This document shows positions 54,536 through 57,559 of a DNA stretch of 57,559 bases, in pieces; position 1 is the stretch's first letter, and each line of letters begins with the position of its first letter. The stretch is from a virus. Its lineage: Duplodnaviria; Caudoviricetes. The notes under the pieces were generated by a model that worked only from the letters and a program-made list of their open reading frames with translations, had not been told where the DNA came from and did not search any database. The translations under genes and the position numbers were made by a program. The stretch lies in IMG/VR virus record IMGVR_UViG_3300005538_000014, positions 1-57,559 of that record; one strand, 5' to 3'.

Positions 54536-56565
54536 GCCGCGGACTTGACGACAAAAAGGTGACAACCTTGGTCGTTCGCGCCGACAAGCAGATCGCGGTC
54601 GCGGCAACGCGAGCCGTTGGCATCAAATGAGTAACAGGCTCCGCACACCTCACCTCTCGGCAGCGGGTCGAGCATTTGCAGCACAGGAATTGGCAATCCT
54701 GGCATATTCTTCTCGATGCTTTGCACGCGGCGCTCTTCGACGGTCGAGCCAGCTTGCGGGATTGTGAGAGACGTGGTGCCCCACGCGCGCGCCCAAGCCA
54801 CATCGCAGAGCATGTTCGCGTACGAGAAATGAGGATCGATTCCGACCTTCACGACGCGCGTACGGAACTCCTTGATCCCGACCGGCTTCTTTTTTCCCTC
54901 GCTCTCCACCTTGCGCTCCACAATGAGCGCCGTCTTGGTGAAATGCAGAAACACGCGTTCGCGCAGGATTGCGACGCGGCGCTTCTCACCCTTTTCGATG
55001 ATGTCTTGCATCAGGCCGTCAGGATCGGGGAAAAGACACGTTTGATTGAGCATGCGCGCAAAAGCCACTTGCATGCACTTGTACTGATTGAGCGTGACGA
55101 CATACCGCTCCCGCTCCTCGAACTCGGTTTTCCTGTCCGCCTTGGTAACAACCGCGTCTTTCCAGACAAGCATGTCGTCTTTCAAGTCGGCGTAGTCAGC
55201 CAGGAACACGCGGCCGAGGTGACGGTTGGCAAATCTGTGCGCGTCGTTAAAATTTGGATTCTTTTCAACACAACATACCGCGACGCCATAGCGGTCCATC
55301 AATTCGGAGCACCGCGCGAACGGATCGGGGTCGTAAATCTCCTCGGCGTGAATGGTTGCTTGCCGACCATCGGCAAGACGCTCCTTAATCAGTACAACAT
55401 TGAATCGGCCCATCTGGTCGATGCCCATGTATGTGTTGACGCCGCGGTCGCGCCACTGTACGCCTGCGGCGGCCCCGGCCGCGACGCACTTGTTGAGCAC
55501 CTCTTGGTTAATCGGAATTTGCGACGGGTCAGAGTACGGCCGGCCGAGCACGCGATTGTAGAAATTCTGCATGCTGGTAGCGCGCGTGTACTTGTCGAGG
55601 ATTTCCCGCGCCGACACCGTCGGTGACAACATCTGGTGAAACGAAATGCTTTTGATGCCCCGGTAGATCAGGGCGTCGTCATCTTCCGCCCGCCACTCCC
55701 CGCATTGCGGGTCGTCGATCCACCCACCGCAATGAACGCAGCAATAGCGGTAGTCATCGATCGTGGGGTCGAATTTGATGCACGCCGGGAACGCCTCATC
55801 GAGGCGTTCGTGCCGACCGCACGACTTGCACAGCGTCCAGAACGAATGCCGAGTGCCAAGTTTGTACCAGTGGTGAATATCGGCGTCCGGCCAGTTTGCC
55901 GTCGAACCCATGAACTGAAAGCGGATTTCTGAGCCTGACATACGCTCGGCTGTCTTTTCTACGTCATCGATTGTCATTTCCTGTACCTCATCGAAGCACA
56001 GTACATCGACAGGGAACGATTCCGTCATGGCTTTACCGGATGTCCAGAAGAAGCCGAAATTGGAATCGCCCATCGTGCGGATCATTACGTTGCCTTCACC
56101 GCGCTTTGGTGCGCCGTCGTCACCCTTGCGGAGCAACTTGTACGCGTCGGTGGTCCGCATGATTGGCATGAAGCGGTTGGTGGAGATTGCCGCGGCCAGC
56201 TTCATATCCGGCAGGTAGATGCCGACGAAGCATGGCATGAATTTCAGGCCGTAATAGATGGCCGCCAGCATTTCGAGAACGGTGAACCCCACCTGAGCGC
56301 ATTTCATCAAGACCAGGGTGAGACCGTACGCCTCTTCACGCGTGGTGGGGAATTGATCGTAGACCCATGCCATACACGGACGATTGTCCAACTTGAACGG
56401 CTTGCGGTCGACCTTCAACCCTTCCGTGGCGAGCTTCTCGCACCACTGACGGAATGTCATTTCCTCGGGGATGAATTTCTGCCCATCCGTCAGGCCAGGC
56501 CCGAATTTGGTTTCGAGCCGGGCGAGAACCTTACCGAGATCGAGGTTGGCTTTACCTACACTCAT
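54532..56565 (-). CDS. terminase large subunit (lambda gpA-like)
   Basis: LMKCAQVGFT, VLCFDEV Walker B, GSTA, CKSCG/CVHCG Zn ribbons, FYNRVLGRPY, YMGIDQ nuclease motif, DPHFSYA. Confidence 0.9.
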   Translation of the reverse strand: MSVGKANLDLGKVLARLETKFGPGLTDGQKFIPEEMTFRQWCEKLATEGLKVDRKPFKLDNRPCMAWVYDQFPTTREEAYGLTLVLMKCAQVGFTVLEMLAAIYYGLKFMPCFVGIYLPDMKLAAAISTNRFMPIMRTTDAYKLLRKGDDGAPKRGEGNVMIRTMGDSNFGFFWTSGKAMTESFPVDVLCFDEVQEMTIDDVEKTAERMSGSEIRFQFMGSTANWPDADIHHWYKLGTRHSFWTLCKSCGRHERLDEAFPACIKFDPTIDDYRYCCVHCGGWIDDPQCGEWRAEDDDALIYRGIKSISFHQMLSPTVSAREILDKYTRATSMQNFYNRVLGRPYSDPSQIPINQEVLNKCVAAGAAAGVQWRDRGVNTYMGIDQMGRFNVVLIKERLADGRQATIHAEEIYDPDPFARCSELMDRYGVAVCCVEKNPNFNDAHRFANRHLGRVFLADYADLKDDMLVWKDAVVTKADRKTEFEERERYVVTLNQYKCMQVAFARMLNQTCLFPDPDGLMQDIIEKGEKRRVAILRERVFLHFTKTALIVERKVESEGKKKPVGIKEFRTRVVKVGIDPHFSYANMLCDVAWARAWGTTSLTIPQAGSTVEERRVQSIEKNMPGLPIPVLQMLDPLPRGEVCGACYSFDANGSRCRDRDLLVGANDQGCHLFVVKSAA

Positions 56566-57239
56566 AGCGTCGCGTTCATTGTCATGCCACGCTGTGCATC
56601 AAGCTCCTGCAGGCGCTCCATGATGGCGCGGCCAGTGGAAGCGTCGAGCTTGGTCACCTCGTGTACGATCACGTCGTAAAAATTCTGCATCCTCTGGATG
56701 TCCCAAAGGGCCTTCATCGCGGAGATCGCGGTATTGAGAACCTCGGCGCGCAGTTTGATCGACTGCGTAAAGTACATCGGGTTGTGAATTTTCTTTTTGC
56801 CGGTCTCAGGATCCTCGCGCATCGAGTACTCGCGCAGCATGTCGCAATCAGAGAGCATGCCGTCGAGGTGTTCCAAAAAATCGAGCTTGCGCCGCGCCTC
56901 AATCCCGCCGGCCGCGATGATTGCCGGGGGCGGCCGCGGAATGTGTGTTTTAGCTTCCGCGATCTCCGCCCGCTTGGTCATGGTCTGGATCGCATTGCGG
57001 ATCGACTCCGGGTCCGGCGTGTAATTCTTGACCTTGGCGCCGGTCCCGCGGACTTGCGCGACGTATCGCCAGAACCGCCGATCGGGGACGTTCGGATGGC
57101 GTGCCTGCACAATTTTCCAATCGCGTGGCCCGTGGCTCTCCAAGTGCTGCCGGATGTCGGCAAGGCACGATTCGCGCGCGGCAACACTTTCCGCGGACTC
57201 AGGGATTCTGGTTGGGGAGCGTTGGGCCTCGTCCGACAT
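56562..57239 (-). CDS. probable terminase small subunit
   Basis: ATGA overlap with terL; start placed at ATG 57239 from promoter-motif spacing. Confidence 0.6.
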   Translation of the reverse strand: MSDEAQRSPTRIPESAESVAARESCLADIRQHLESHGPRDWKIVQARHPNVPDRRFWRYVAQVRGTGAKVKNYTPDPESIRNAIQTMTKRAEIAEAKTHIPRPPPAIIAAGGIEARRKLDFLEHLDGMLSDCDMLREYSMREDPETGKKKIHNPMYFTQSIKLRAEVLNTAISAMKALWDIQRMQNFYDVIVHEVTKLDASTGRAIMERLQELDAQRGMTMNATL

Positions 57240-57252
57240 GCCCAAACGCTAG

Positions 57253-57259
57253 TGTCACG
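57253..57259 (-). promoter_or_regulatory. variant late-promoter motif (CGTGACA-C-TAGCGT-N6-ATG)
   Basis: 13 nt before ATG 57239. Confidence 0.7.
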
Positions 57260-57398
57260 ACGCCAACAATCGCCCGTATGTTAACGTAAAAAACACGTCT
57301 TGGGCCTATAGTCCTTGAACGAATCGTGGCAGCATGTATCTTGCGCCGCGCAATCGACGGGTTTCGGGGCCTTTCGATAGAGGGGCTATTTGTTAAGC

Positions 57399-57559
57399 AT
57401 GGCTACGAAGAAGCAGTCGCCTAGTCGACGTAAGTCGCAGAGCCAGATCACTAGGGAATCGCGGTCCAAGGAAGAGGACGCCGTGAGGCTGCGCCTGATC
57501 GCGGCGCGCGAAGCGGCCGGACTCACTCGTCGTCAGATGGCGGAGAAACTAGGGTGCCG
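57399..57559 (+). CDS. Xre-family HTH regulator (3'-partial)
   Basis: GAGGGG RBS; MATKKQ...RLRLIAAREAAGLTRRQMAEKLGC; divergent from the late region. Confidence 0.7.
   Translation, partial: MATKKQSPSRRKSQSQITRESRSKEEDAVRLRLIAAREAAGLTRRQMAEKLGC

Noticed and set aside
57275-57398. CtrA-binding site in the divergent control region
   Set aside because: Only isolated TTAA half-sites; no TTAA-N7-TTAA
1-57559. CRISPR array, diversity-generating retroelement, integrase/att site or IS element
   Set aside because: I saw no regularly spaced repeats, reverse transcriptase, recombinase or transposase; the lifestyle cannot be decided from this window

Overview
A 57.6-kb, GC-rich segment of a contractile-tailed (myovirus) phage or prophage, probably of an alphaproteobacterial host (judged from its SSB and beta-clamp sequences). 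The left end has + strand recombination genes (RecE-like exonuclease, putative annealing protein, HTH). Most of the window is a - strand late region. It reads: terminase S/L, dnaN, ssb, portal, a ~22-kb block of probable head-cargo and accessory genes (ParB-like/RelA-SpoT protein, MuF-like protein, signal-peptide-bearing fibre protein, DarB-like MTase-helicase, second SNF2 helicase, DNA MTase), prohead protease, scaffold, major capsid, neck, sheath/tube, chaperones, tape measure, baseplate, fibre and lysis genes. A + strand enzyme island interrupts it at 18.8-22.7 kb. Signals the ORF track misses: (1) two tandem circularly permuted tRNA-like modules directly behind ssb, in a transcript structured at both ends; (2) a CGTGACG-N-(-10) motif 13-14 nt before 13 start codons, implying leaderless late mRNAs; (3) recurrent hydrophobic-K(A/S) motifs suggesting a capsid targeting/processing code; (4) a +1 frameshift tail chaperone; (5) a covarying hairpin shared by two leaders. 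All calls come from motif recognition by eye; no searches or folding programs were run.
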